The position numbers were made by a program, and so were the translations under genes. The notes beneath the pieces are model-generated. The model did not search any database and was not told where the DNA came from. It saw only the letters and a list, made by a program, of their open reading frames with translations. DNA of 51,624 nt from Candidatus Micrarchaeota archaeon (GTDB lineage: Archaea > Micrarchaeota > Micrarchaeia > Micrarchaeales > CABMGC01). The stretch covers positions 1 through 51,624 of the forward strand of contig JAGWHH010000001.1 in assembly GCA_028866935.1 (NCBI GenBank). Direction: 5' to 3'. Below are positions 1 through 9,719 of the stretch, in pieces; position 1 is the first letter of the stretch, and every line of letters begins with the position of its first letter.

Positions 1-88
1 TTTCTCTTTTAACTTCTCTTCCTGTCATTTTCAACATCAAGCTATATCAATCTGGAAGTCTAACCTCTCATTCTACAAACTGAGCTTA

Positions 89-949
89 ATGTCCATCCTC
101 TACGGAGTCATTTTCGGTGTAATCTCCCTTATAGGATACGGAATCTGCGACTACTACAATCCGATTGCATCAAGGAGGATAGGCATACTCGAGTCAAATC
201 TGCTGCTCAGAACCGTTACTACCTTGCTACTTCTTATACTCGCTCCGCTGTTCGTCAATTCAATTCCCCCATTCTCTACGGGTCTATTACTTATTGTTAT
301 AGCTGCTTCGATCTTCTCGTCATTGGGCATGCTTACATACAGCAAGAGCACAATAGACGCAAACATATCAATAAACGTAAGCATTGCAAATTCCTGGTCT
401 ATCGTCACAATAGCACTGCTTCTGATATTCCTCGGCACTCATGTTAGCCAATCAAGCGCAATATACATAGCAGTCATAATATTAGGGACTATGCTCGTAT
501 CAATGGAGCTTAAGGAGCTAAGGCATCTAAACTTCACAAAGGTCAGCAAAGGGGCGCCATATGCCTTCTTGGCAATGCTCTCGTGGGGCGCCGCCTTCTT
601 CTTCGGAATAATACTAATCGAGGATATCGGGTGGTTCCTCGCGTCCCTGTACCTTTCCATAGGGATGACCACGGTGTACATAATCGCATACTCAAGAACC
701 AAGCCAAAATATATAGATCCAAAGCCAGCATGGGCTGTAATATTGCTCTACGCAGTTTCTGTAACTGCAGGATCATTGGCCTTCGGAATCGGCGTACTAA
801 ATAACCCGCTCATAGTAACCCCCATAGCGGCCGCTTCGCCTGCAGTGACAATATTCATGGCTGTAGCAAAGCTCAAGGAAAAGCTTGAGCCAAATCACAT
901 ACTTGGCATATTTATGATTATTTTGGGCTTAGTCGCGTTATCGCTTTGA
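89..949 (+). CDS. DMT/EamA-family drug/metabolite transporter
   Basis: 286 aa, about 10 hydrophobic segments in two repeats; typical EamA C-terminus (SPAVTIFMAVAKLKEKL...ILGIFMIILG). Confidence 0.85.
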   Translation: MSILYGVIFGVISLIGYGICDYYNPIASRRIGILESNLLLRTVTTLLLLILAPLFVNSIPPFSTGLLLIVIAASIFSSLGMLTYSKSTIDANISINVSIANSWSIVTIALLLIFLGTHVSQSSAIYIAVIILGTMLVSMELKELRHLNFTKVSKGAPYAFLAMLSWGAAFFFGIILIEDIGWFLASLYLSIGMTTVYIIAYSRTKPKYIDPKPAWAVILLYAVSVTAGSLAFGIGVLNNPLIVTPIAAASPAVTIFMAVAKLKEKLEPNHILGIFMIILGLVALSL

Positions 950-1017
950 TGACACGTTAGGCATTAAAATAAAAGGATTGCCGTGCCTATATCTCTTGAC
1001 TTTTACTAGGTCTAATC

Positions 1018-1926
1018 ATGAAGGAGAGCCCAGAAGCAAAGAGAGCGCGTCTATTAGGTCTTGCAAAGGCCAGCGTAACAGGAGCCTATGCAAGCGGAGA
1101 GCACGCAATATCCCAGGCAATAGCTTCGTATAATGAGCTTGACAAGATGAGAAACCTTGTCAATGAGAAGCTGGAAGAATGGTACGGGATACACTTCCCC
1201 GAGCTACGTCTAGCAAATCAGCTTACTTATGCTAAATTTGTACTTCAGTTCGGCGCAAATAAGAAAGAAGCCAGTGAAGAGCAGCTTGCAGGGCTTCTTG
1301 GAAATGCCGCCAGCGCAGTTCATAAGCAGGCAGAGCAGTCAATGGGGCAGGAGCCTACAGAAGAGGAGTATGCTGCGCTTAAGGACCTCGCGCAGCTTGA
1401 GCTTGACATCGCAGAGAAGATGGAACGCCTAGACAAGTACCTTGAGAAGTCAACAAAGGCAATAATGCCCAATATCACTTACCTTATAGACTACAAGATT
1501 GCAGCCGAGCTTCTTGCAAGGGCAGGTTCCCTTAACAAGCTTGCATACATGCCTGCAGGCACGCTTCAGCTTCTAGGCGCAGAGAAGGCTCTGTTCAAGC
1601 ACCTAAAGTTCGGGTCAAAGCCTCCAAAGTACGGATCCCTGTTCAAGCTTCCACAGGTAAACACCGCAGGAAGGTTTGAGCGAGGAAGGATAGCAAGAGT
1701 GTATGCAACAAAGCTTGCAATCGCTGCAAGAGCAGACGGCATCTCAAAGAACTTCATAGCGCCACAGCTCAAGGAGCAGCTTGACAAGGCAATAGCCGCG
1801 CAGGCAAAGCACAAGCATAGGGAAGATACTTACCAGCAAGAAAGGCGCAGCGACCAGAGAGGAAGGTTCCAGTTCAGAAAAGGCAACAGGCAGCAGCAGC
1901 GCAACAGGGACTGGAAAAGAAGATAG
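1018..1926 (+). CDS. nop5: Nop5/Nop56-58 box C/D sRNP core protein
   Basis: EWYGIHFPEL, MPAGTLQLLGAEKALF and PKYG...RGRIAR Nop-domain motifs; basic C-terminal tail. Confidence 0.95.
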   Translation: MKESPEAKRARLLGLAKASVTGAYASGEHAISQAIASYNELDKMRNLVNEKLEEWYGIHFPELRLANQLTYAKFVLQFGANKKEASEEQLAGLLGNAASAVHKQAEQSMGQEPTEEEYAALKDLAQLELDIAEKMERLDKYLEKSTKAIMPNITYLIDYKIAAELLARAGSLNKLAYMPAGTLQLLGAEKALFKHLKFGSKPPKYGSLFKLPQVNTAGRFERGRIARVYATKLAIAARADGISKNFIAPQLKEQLDKAIAAQAKHKHREDTYQQERRSDQRGRFQFRKGNRQQQRNRDWKRR

Positions 1927-2310
1927 GCAGTTCAGTTTCATGCATCTAATTTTCATGGCATTAAAGGCTTCTTATTGCACAAGCACAAGACACGAAGTCC
2001 CAGTTATCTACATACCTTATTTTTCGCCAAAACTAAATATGCCACATTGGTTTTTGACCTATGCGCAAATAGTGGAAGTGGACGAATTATTCAACACAGC
2101 CAAGAAAACGGAAGGCGTATATATCAGTTAGACCATAATGTATATTGAGGACAGGATTCTAGAAATGCTGTCCGGATTACGGCGGTGGCCTTTGGCTTTC
2201 ACCTTGCCGTACTAAATTTGACTTTCAGCGCAAGCGACATCTTTAACTTATGCGCTAAATGGCGTATGTTTGTACGGCAAATCCCTAACTTTGCCAAAGT
2301 GAATACTAAT

Positions 2311-2318
2311 ATTTATAA
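2311..2318 (+). promoter_or_regulatory. Putative TATA box for the tes operon
   Basis: ATTTATAA about 40 nt upstream of ATG 2355. Confidence 0.45.
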
Positions 2319-2354
2319 GACTTCATTGTTAAAACAGAGTAATAGTGATTGTGG

Positions 2355-4301
2355 ATGGGAGTAGAAACTAACAAAGGTACTGTCACTGTTCAATCTGGGA
2401 AGGTAGAAGATTTTTCTTCTAATCCTATTCTCGCGCCTTATCATAGGACAATGAGCGATATAGAGAAGATGCCCATACTGGAAAGAACAAAGACGGTATG
2501 TCCCGAATGCAAGCTCATAGTAGACGGAACGATTTACAAGGACGGCGAGAACGTAATGATAAGAAAGCTCTGCGAGGATCATGGCTGGACAATAGAAAAG
2601 TACTGGGAAGATTATGACATGTACATAAAGATGAAGAATTACAATTATTACGGAAGGGGATTCGACAATCCAAACTATATAAACAAGGGAGAGAACTGCC
2701 CTTTTGACTGCGGAATGTGCGAGAGGCACAAGTCACATACTGGCCTTGCAAACGTTGTCATAACAAACAGGTGCCACTTGTCATGCTGGTACTGCTTCTT
2801 CTATGCAAAGGAAGGAGAGGCAATATATGAGCCTACAATCGATGAGATAGACCATATATTTAGCGTGCTAAGAAGCCAGAAGCCAATAGCCGCCAATGCG
2901 CTTCAGATAACGGGCGGAGAGCCAACAATGAGGGAAGACCTCGTAAAGATAGTCGAGATGGCAAAGAAGCAGGGATTTGACCAGATACAGCTTAATACTA
3001 CCGGAATCAACCTTGCCGCGCATCCGGAGATGGCGGTAAAGCTCAGGCACGCAGGAGTAAGCGTACTGTACATGAGCTTTGACGGGGTATCAAAGAGGGC
3101 CAATCCAAAGAATCACTGGGAGGCTCCTGCGACATTCGACGCATGCAGGAAGGCAAACCTCGGAATAGTGCTTGTCCCGACAGTTATCAGGACTATCAAC
3201 GACCACGAGCTTGGCACAATCATAAACTTCGCGCTAAACAACAGCGATGTCGTAAAGGCAGTAAACTTCCAGCCAGTATCTCTGGTAGGCAGGATGCCTT
3301 CCAGGCTCAGGGAGAAGCAGCGCATATCCATACCAGGAGCAATAAAGCTCATAGAGGAGCAGACTGACGGAGTAGTTGCAAAGGAGGACTGGTTCTCTGT
3401 TCCATACGTTGGTGGTATAAACAGGTTCATAGAGGCATTGACTGGCCAGTACAAGTACGATATGTCAATACACTTCGCATGCGGAGCCGGAACTTACATA
3501 TTCCAGGATCCTGATGGCAAGATAGTTCCAATTACAAGGTTCGTTGACTGCGCTGGTATGGTGGAGCATCTGCAGAGGGCGATAAATGAGATGGAAGGAA
3601 AGTCAAGGTTACATAGAAGGATAATTGCAATTAGGGCGCTTGCAGGAATGAAGAAGTATATAGATGCACAGAAGCAGCCAAAATCAGTAAACTTCCAGAA
3701 GCTGATTGCCTCAGTTGTACTTAAGCATGATTTTGCGACAATGGGCAAGTTCCAGCTAAAGTCATTGTTCCTTGGAATGATGCACTTCCAGGATGAATAC
3801 ACTTATGATATAAAGAGGGTAGAGAAGTGCGACATACACTACTCTATGCCTGATGGAAGAGTGCTTCCATTCTGCACGTTCAATGTATTTCCAGAAGTGT
3901 ACAGGGATAAGATACAAAGGCAGTATGCAATACCATCAAAGGAATGGAAGAACATGCACAATGACTGGTCATACGGAGCAGACAAGTACGTAAGGAACGT
4001 AAAGGAGATAGAGGCAACAGAGAGTTATGCAAAGGCCTACAACCAGATGATAAACTACTTCAAGCTGCCAATCAATGTTGCTGAAGCTGACGAGTTCGCA
4101 AGAAAGAAGGGGAAGCCAAGGGCTCGCGAAGTTGAGCAACCAGCGGTAATGACTGTAGCTCACGCGCACGGGCACGAACACGGCCACAGCCACTCATCAG
4201 GCGAGGAGTCGTCATGCGCTTGCGGAAAGAGCGGCGCAGATTCATGCGCTTGCGGAGGGCATAAAATGCCAGGAGGGTCTTGCGGCTGCGGAGGACAGTA
4301 A
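2355..4301 (+). CDS. tes: Tetraether lipid synthase (Tes / GDGT-MAS, MJ0619-like) radical SAM enzyme with His/Cys-rich C-terminal tail
   Basis: CPEC...CEDHG rubredoxin-like site, CPFDCGMCERH auxiliary cluster, CHLSCWYC radical SAM motif, GGEPT, HFACG, CDIHY, PFC; ATG 2355 preferred over TTG 2349. Confidence 0.85.
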   Translation: MGVETNKGTVTVQSGKVEDFSSNPILAPYHRTMSDIEKMPILERTKTVCPECKLIVDGTIYKDGENVMIRKLCEDHGWTIEKYWEDYDMYIKMKNYNYYGRGFDNPNYINKGENCPFDCGMCERHKSHTGLANVVITNRCHLSCWYCFFYAKEGEAIYEPTIDEIDHIFSVLRSQKPIAANALQITGGEPTMREDLVKIVEMAKKQGFDQIQLNTTGINLAAHPEMAVKLRHAGVSVLYMSFDGVSKRANPKNHWEAPATFDACRKANLGIVLVPTVIRTINDHELGTIINFALNNSDVVKAVNFQPVSLVGRMPSRLREKQRISIPGAIKLIEEQTDGVVAKEDWFSVPYVGGINRFIEALTGQYKYDMSIHFACGAGTYIFQDPDGKIVPITRFVDCAGMVEHLQRAINEMEGKSRLHRRIIAIRALAGMKKYIDAQKQPKSVNFQKLIASVVLKHDFATMGKFQLKSLFLGMMHFQDEYTYDIKRVEKCDIHYSMPDGRVLPFCTFNVFPEVYRDKIQRQYAIPSKEWKNMHNDWSYGADKYVRNVKEIEATESYAKAYNQMINYFKLPINVAEADEFARKKGKPRAREVEQPAVMTVAHAHGHEHGHSHSSGEESSCACGKSGADSCACGGHKMPGGSCGCGGQ

Positions 4302-4330
4302 AACTACCAATCATTTTTGGTGCAAATTAG

Positions 4331-5026
4331 ATGGATCGACGTCAGATTGAACCGGAGCAGAGTGGATTCCTTAAGGACCTTAACGAAGACACTTCAGACT
4401 ACAACGACATTGTTGAGTACAAGGGAAAGCACTACAGGGTTCCATACAAGATGGTCAAGGAAATGGTAGTGACAAACCTCAGCAAGCAGGAGCTGATAGA
4501 CATTGAGCATACTGCCAGACTTCAATACAGACTCCTTCTGATTGATTCAATACTAAAGGCAAAGATAGAGTTCATACACGGTAAGATGATCATAATATAC
4601 AATCCCAAGGAGTCGCCAAACAGGAAGGACAAGATAAGCACAGATGAAATAATCCAGTTCCTTGCAAAGGAAGGTGTGCATGTAGATAGGAGCATGATAG
4701 CAGAAAGGGACGTCGATTACTTTGAAGAGATATATAAGCCACAGTTCGAGCCTGCAACAATACGCGAGCATGCTCCATACGGATACACGCTTGAGGAATG
4801 GAGGAAGATCAAGCCTGAGTGGATAAAGCAGATGCAGAAGTCAAAGACCGAGAAGTGGGACAAGTTCAGGGCGTTTCAAGACAGCTACCTCGAACAGCAC
4901 CCTGAGCTTTGGAGCGAATACGGATTTGCTCCAAAGGGAAAGAAGCTCTCTTTAATGGACCGAATACTTGGAAGGAAGGCAAATAAGGATGAAAAGGAGA
5001 AAGGATTCTGGTTCCACGGCGTATAG
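4331..5026 (+). CDS. Hypothetical protein with HMA/ferredoxin-like (DUF3213-like) core; probable Tes partner
   Basis: 29 nt after tes; ARLQYRL...KIEFIHGKMIIIYNP...ISTDEIIQFL pattern resembles a ferredoxin-like fold without CxxC. Confidence 0.6.
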   Translation: MDRRQIEPEQSGFLKDLNEDTSDYNDIVEYKGKHYRVPYKMVKEMVVTNLSKQELIDIEHTARLQYRLLLIDSILKAKIEFIHGKMIIIYNPKESPNRKDKISTDEIIQFLAKEGVHVDRSMIAERDVDYFEEIYKPQFEPATIREHAPYGYTLEEWRKIKPEWIKQMQKSKTEKWDKFRAFQDSYLEQHPELWSEYGFAPKGKKLSLMDRILGRKANKDEKEKGFWFHGV

Positions 5027-5030
5027 CCAG

Positions 5031-6299
5031 TTAAGCAACAGCAAGTTTGCGGCCCTTCACCAAATGTTCCCTATGTGATATATTCTCTTTTCTAACAATA
5101 TCTGGGTATGCTTCTATTGCAGCAACCAGCCTGCATACATTGCCCTGCACTGTAACTGATCTTGGATCTGATTTCTCATCGCACCTTAGCGCTCTTCTGA
5201 AGGCTTCCCTCTGCAATCTAGCATAGTATTCAGTTGAGTTAGTTGTTAACATCTCCGCTATCGGATTGCCGTTAACAGAATTATACATAAGATGACTTCC
5301 TTGCACGAAAATGTCACGTGCCTCTGCGCAGTGCGCAGCCATTATGTCCACCATGCCTCTCATAGTATTTCTCTTCCATTGGCGCTCTTCGTAAAAGAAT
5401 CCCTGTCCATTTTCAAATACCAAACTATATATCGAATCTGATAAGGAATTGTCCCCTGTGACTGTATTGGGCATTTCAGAGGCACGGAACAGCCTTGTAG
5501 CAGTAGTCTGGTCTTGATGAGGCAATACTATTATAAAAACATCCTCATTCGTTTTTCCAATCACCTTTCCATCACTGCTTATGCTCGTGAATCCACAAAC
5601 CCCCTCAAACTCACCTCTAAGATAATGTTCTGTGTCGTAATCTGACGGAATAACCACAATTCCATATTTCATCGATTCAGATGCAGCCAAACGCAGCTGA
5701 TGCACAATCATAGCGGCTGAAGCTTCCTGAGACGTATAACACACACCTATTTTACTACAGCTATCAAGGATTCGACTAATACGCGTCCCTTTTCTATACT
5801 TTGCATTCTCAGTGATTATATCACGTATATTTTCCTTAGGAATAGGCAACTTATCCTTGCAGTAAGGGGCATATAACATCGGCGCCCCCATTCCATAGCG
5901 ACCCACGACCATGTCCTCATTATTTTTGCGCACACGCCCATTCCGATTTCCATTGTCGTACATTCCAGGAACTACCAAAATCCCCCGGTCTTCTATATGG
6001 TCTTTATCAAATTCCCTTACATATATATTCATCATATGTTCTTCTTCTAAAAGCCTTGCCACTACGTTTATTTGCAATGCCTCAATATTACTGGTGTGTC
6101 TTTTATAATCAAACACGTTGACGTCCGGAAAGATGATTTTAGCTTTTTGTGCAACGTTCACCTCACCTACATAAATTACCGCATGCCCCTCATTTGACAG
6201 AGATTCGCCTATCTTTACTGCAGCTACTAAGTCTCCAAATCCGCCCAATTGCGGTATGCCTATACGTACGTCCATATCATCTCTACTGAAGAGCCTCAT
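5031..6299 (-). CDS. Orphan, possible GT-B-fold (EarP-like) glycosyltransferase
   Basis: N-terminal GGFGDLVAAVKIG; C-terminal VTGDNSLS...FFYE..WK motifs. Confidence 0.55.
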   Translation of the reverse strand: MRLFSRDDMDVRIGIPQLGGFGDLVAAVKIGESLSNEGHAVIYVGEVNVAQKAKIIFPDVNVFDYKRHTSNIEALQINVVARLLEEEHMMNIYVREFDKDHIEDRGILVVPGMYDNGNRNGRVRKNNEDMVVGRYGMGAPMLYAPYCKDKLPIPKENIRDIITENAKYRKGTRISRILDSCSKIGVCYTSQEASAAMIVHQLRLAASESMKYGIVVIPSDYDTEHYLRGEFEGVCGFTSISSDGKVIGKTNEDVFIIVLPHQDQTTATRLFRASEMPNTVTGDNSLSDSIYSLVFENGQGFFYEERQWKRNTMRGMVDIMAAHCAEARDIFVQGSHLMYNSVNGNPIAEMLTTNSTEYYARLQREAFRRALRCDEKSDPRSVTVQGNVCRLVAAIEAYPDIVRKENISHREHLVKGRKLAVA

Positions 6300-6342
6300 A
6301 TTTAATCCTTAGTTTTCGGTCTAGACTACCTTTAAAAGAAGG

Positions 6343-7728
6343 TTACTTCAAAGAGTCTATAATGAAGCGTATCACTCCTTTCTTATCGCGCTTGTCCCTT
6401 AGTTTTATTGTTGCAGCTGCCCTGTGCCCGCCTCCACCTTCTATATAACTGCCATACTTGTCCTTCACATTTGCTATCACATCGAGAAGGCTGAGCTCTT
6501 TAGAAAGTGTTTTGTCAAGGCGCATAAGTAGATAAGCTCCAACATGCACTATTACCATGATATTTTCACCATCCGTCTTCCTAACCTCACCAAGCAGCTT
6601 GGATGAGAATCTTCCCGGCAGTGGATACTTCGTATCGTCGGAACGGACATCTTCAAAATCAAGAAGGAAGATCTTGAAGTTTTTGCCCTTGTACTGCTTC
6701 AAAGCCTTCATCCCTTTATCAATGGTCTCGCTAAGCTGCACATTTGCATATGCAAGAAGCTCAGAGAACTTTTCTTTATTGTTCAAGATTGATTCAAACT
6801 CCTGCGGAGTTACATTTGACTTGTTTGGCCCGAAAGCTATCCCAAGATCGCTTGTAAGAAGGTCAAAGATTGTTGACACGTCGCTACCTTTCCCGTCTAT
6901 GTCGGCATACTCGCTGTAATCTCCTATAAAAGACGCATTCTCTATTTCGGACGTATTCAAATTTGAAAACGTTTTTGCAAATGCACTTGCAAGAAAGCCC
7001 GCAGTATAATTAGAATCTCCGTCATGCAACCATGGATTCACGTAATGGTCAAGCTTTTTCCCATCAAAATCCTCCATTACGGGATGGTGGTCCAGCCAAA
7101 TTATGTCAAACTTCCCAGAGATTGCATCTATGCCGCTGTTGCTGTCGGTAGTAGTTCCAAAATCTATAATCATTAGGAGAGGTTTTTCTACGGATTCATA
7201 ATTATTTGAGAGCAGTATGTCATTTTCAGCATCCTGCCTGGTATACGATACGCCCTTGTTCATGATCCAGATGATGTTGTGTGCAAATGTAGCCTTTTTT
7301 GAGAGATCTTTTATAGCCAGGTATAGCGAGTAAGCCCCGCTTGATCCATCTGCATCGTTATGAAAGCGCACAAAAATAGGCGCTCCCAGCATTAACCTCC
7401 TCAAAAAGAGAGATGATGCTGCCAGGAGATTTGGCCACAATTTCTCAGTGACCGCATCAATTTGCTTTATGGACTTCTTATATGGGTCTTTCCGAGTATT
7501 ATCTGCTATAAACTCTTTAAGGGCAGAATGTACCTTCTTCTCAAAGCTGCTGTCTTTGTCTTCAACAGTAATCTTCCCGTTAATTTTTGCTATATCTCCT
7601 AACGATAATACAAGATTATTGTTAAATGCTACTGATTTGAAGACGCCATCAGTCCCAGAGATGGTGTAAGCATTTCCAGACTGGCCTCCATGCTTTATGC
7701 ACGATATAAATCCCCTCATTGATCTCAA
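6343..7728 (-). CDS. DHH/DHHA1 phosphoesterase (archaeal RecJ-like)
   Basis: HNDADG, IIDFG, LDHH and GGGH motifs. Confidence 0.9.
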   Translation of the reverse strand: MRSMRGFISCIKHGGQSGNAYTISGTDGVFKSVAFNNNLVLSLGDIAKINGKITVEDKDSSFEKKVHSALKEFIADNTRKDPYKKSIKQIDAVTEKLWPNLLAASSLFLRRLMLGAPIFVRFHNDADGSSGAYSLYLAIKDLSKKATFAHNIIWIMNKGVSYTRQDAENDILLSNNYESVEKPLLMIIDFGTTTDSNSGIDAISGKFDIIWLDHHPVMEDFDGKKLDHYVNPWLHDGDSNYTAGFLASAFAKTFSNLNTSEIENASFIGDYSEYADIDGKGSDVSTIFDLLTSDLGIAFGPNKSNVTPQEFESILNNKEKFSELLAYANVQLSETIDKGMKALKQYKGKNFKIFLLDFEDVRSDDTKYPLPGRFSSKLLGEVRKTDGENIMVIVHVGAYLLMRLDKTLSKELSLLDVIANVKDKYGSYIEGGGGHRAAATIKLRDKRDKKGVIRFIIDSLK

Positions 7729-8807
7729 CCGCTGCTTTCATTTACTGAATATCCATTTGTCACTGTAAGCACGCAATCCCCATTTATGCTCGCATTCTTT
7801 ATGTAGCTGCAATATGCCGTATTGTTGTATCTCTGGGCCATGCTGTAATAGCATTGGTTTGAGTAATTAAGCGGCAGTTTGCTGCAAACAGTAACATTCC
7901 CATTGGCCAGTGCATTAAGGTACGCAGTTGTATAGTTGCAATTGCCCATTGTCTGATTCTGAACACACTGGTTAAAAAGTGCGGTGTAGTTAACTGCCGG
8001 TGTAGAGGTGGCGTTCACAGCACCAAAATGTGTTGCAGTGATGTCACACAGGGCAGTTAAAGTATTTGAAACGTTATTGCAGTAAGCGCTATCCTTGCTA
8101 TCGTATGCAAGTGATATGTAGCAGGCATCCTTAGCGCCTATGGTCAGGTTTGAAAAAGTAGCATAGCCAACTATCTGTGTAATGTTAGATGCCTGTTGGG
8201 CGTATTGTCCTGCAAGTCCAAGCGCTGCCACAGTAACATTTGTATCATTGTTGCTCGGTATCTTCGCGCAGTTCGTTGCATTGTTGCTTGCTATGCCTTG
8301 ATAGAAATACGCTACTGACAAGCAATCCGCATCTGCGGAAGAATTTATTAGCACACTGCACGCCGCCGGCATCTTCCTACTAACGGCTATTAGCTCTGCG
8401 CACGCAGCAGACCCACGGTTAAGATTTTTGCATAAATTTGGATTGCCTGTTGCATTTGCTATGAATATTGTGCAATCGTTTGATGTTGCATTATTTGATA
8501 TCTTGCCGCATATGGTCTGGTTTAATTTATATTCTGCGATTGCCTCATAGCACGTATCTGCATAGTATGAAGGAAGCTGGGAACACATTGCGCTATTTGA
8601 TGTTGCATACGCAACCTGCTGTATGCAGTTATAGTTCTGATCCTTGTTTATTCCCGTGCATATGCCCGGTTTTGCTGTAAAATTAAGCAGAATTGTTGAG
8701 ACAAAAGCAATCACAACCAGTGCAGCGGCTATTAATGCGTAAAGTCTTATGTTTTCATCGCTGCTTTTTGGGTTTGATTGATTTTCCTTTGACTTTTTTG
8801 AAGCCAA
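7725..8807 (-). CDS. Membrane-anchored Cys-rich repeat surface protein
   Basis: N-terminal TM helix, repeated C-x(8-10)-C...A...C units, many N-x-S/T sequons. Confidence 0.75.
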   Translation of the reverse strand: MASKKSKENQSNPKSSDENIRLYALIAAALVVIAFVSTILLNFTAKPGICTGINKDQNYNCIQQVAYATSNSAMCSQLPSYYADTCYEAIAEYKLNQTICGKISNNATSNDCTIFIANATGNPNLCKNLNRGSAACAELIAVSRKMPAACSVLINSSADADCLSVAYFYQGIASNNATNCAKIPSNNDTNVTVAALGLAGQYAQQASNITQIVGYATFSNLTIGAKDACYISLAYDSKDSAYCNNVSNTLTALCDITATHFGAVNATSTPAVNYTALFNQCVQNQTMGNCNYTTAYLNALANGNVTVCSKLPLNYSNQCYYSMAQRYNNTAYCSYIKNASINGDCVLTVTNGYSVNESSG

Positions 8808-8858
8808 ATAAACTACCCCGGCAAGAATAAGGTTTTCAAGCTATATAACTGTATATGC

Positions 8859-9581
8859 CTACCTTCTTGTCATCTCTTCAGCTGAAAGAACATCGAAGCC
8901 ACTTGGTGTTATCTCATACGGTGCTGTAATAAAGCTATGTCTATATCCTCTCATCTTCAAGACTTCAAGTGCGCTAACCCTCTTTATGTCCTCTCCACTC
9001 TGGTACATCGCTAACATTCCATCAAAGATGAAGTGTTCAGGCTTGAATCTAAGTTTTGACCTCTCAGGACGGTCCGATTCCGAAGTAAGAAGGGTAGTCA
9101 CGCCAAGCCTTCGCAGATTTGCAACAAGCGACCACATCGAGCGCCTGTAGGCTATTGGATCCTTCACGATAAGCTCAACTGCAGATATGGAGTCTGCAAC
9201 TACTCTTGTTGCCCCGCTTTTCACAATCAAACTCTCCATTTCAGTTACAATCTTACCGAACTCATATTTTGGGTCATCAAACTCGCTCAATATGCCTTCA
9301 GAAATATCCTTTCCATTTATTATTATCTTTCCCTGATCAATAAGCTCATCTATATCCTCAAAATTGGAGAAGGTTGACTTTGCGTTGTGTATTATCCTCT
9401 TCGGATCCTCCTCAAGCGCAAAGAATACTCCGGCATGACCCTGCTTTGCTCCTTTATAGATAAATTCGAATGCCAAAAGCGTCTTTCCGGCGCCTGGCCC
9501 GCCAACTACAATTACCTGGTTATCCTTTGGTATACCGCCATAAAGCATCGCGTCCAGCCCAGAGATTCCTGTCTCTACCAT
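8859..9581 (-). CDS. KaiC/RAD55-like RecA-superfamily ATPase (single domain)
   Basis: TGISGLDAMLYGG, Walker A GGPGAGKT, EE, VADS, LKMRG. Confidence 0.9.
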   Translation of the reverse strand: MVETGISGLDAMLYGGIPKDNQVIVVGGPGAGKTLLAFEFIYKGAKQGHAGVFFALEEDPKRIIHNAKSTFSNFEDIDELIDQGKIIINGKDISEGILSEFDDPKYEFGKIVTEMESLIVKSGATRVVADSISAVELIVKDPIAYRRSMWSLVANLRRLGVTTLLTSESDRPERSKLRFKPEHFIFDGMLAMYQSGEDIKRVSALEVLKMRGYRHSFITAPYEITPSGFDVLSAEEMTRR

Positions 9582-9719
9582 CTGCGGAATTTTCCCGCTA
9601 TTCTTGATAGTTTGAGGTGTCTCCGTAACCTTACCGCCTTAACCTGTTCGCCTTTACTTTACTTTCGAAAATCTGAATATATAAATATATGCGTTTAGTG
9701 AGACATAAATGTTGAGCAC

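Noticed and set aside
1940..2215. Short ORF continuing through an in-frame TAG (possible amber read-through or Lrp/AsnC fragment)
   Set aside because: TAG is the normal stop of clear genes here (nop5, cysD); similarity is too weak. At most a relic.
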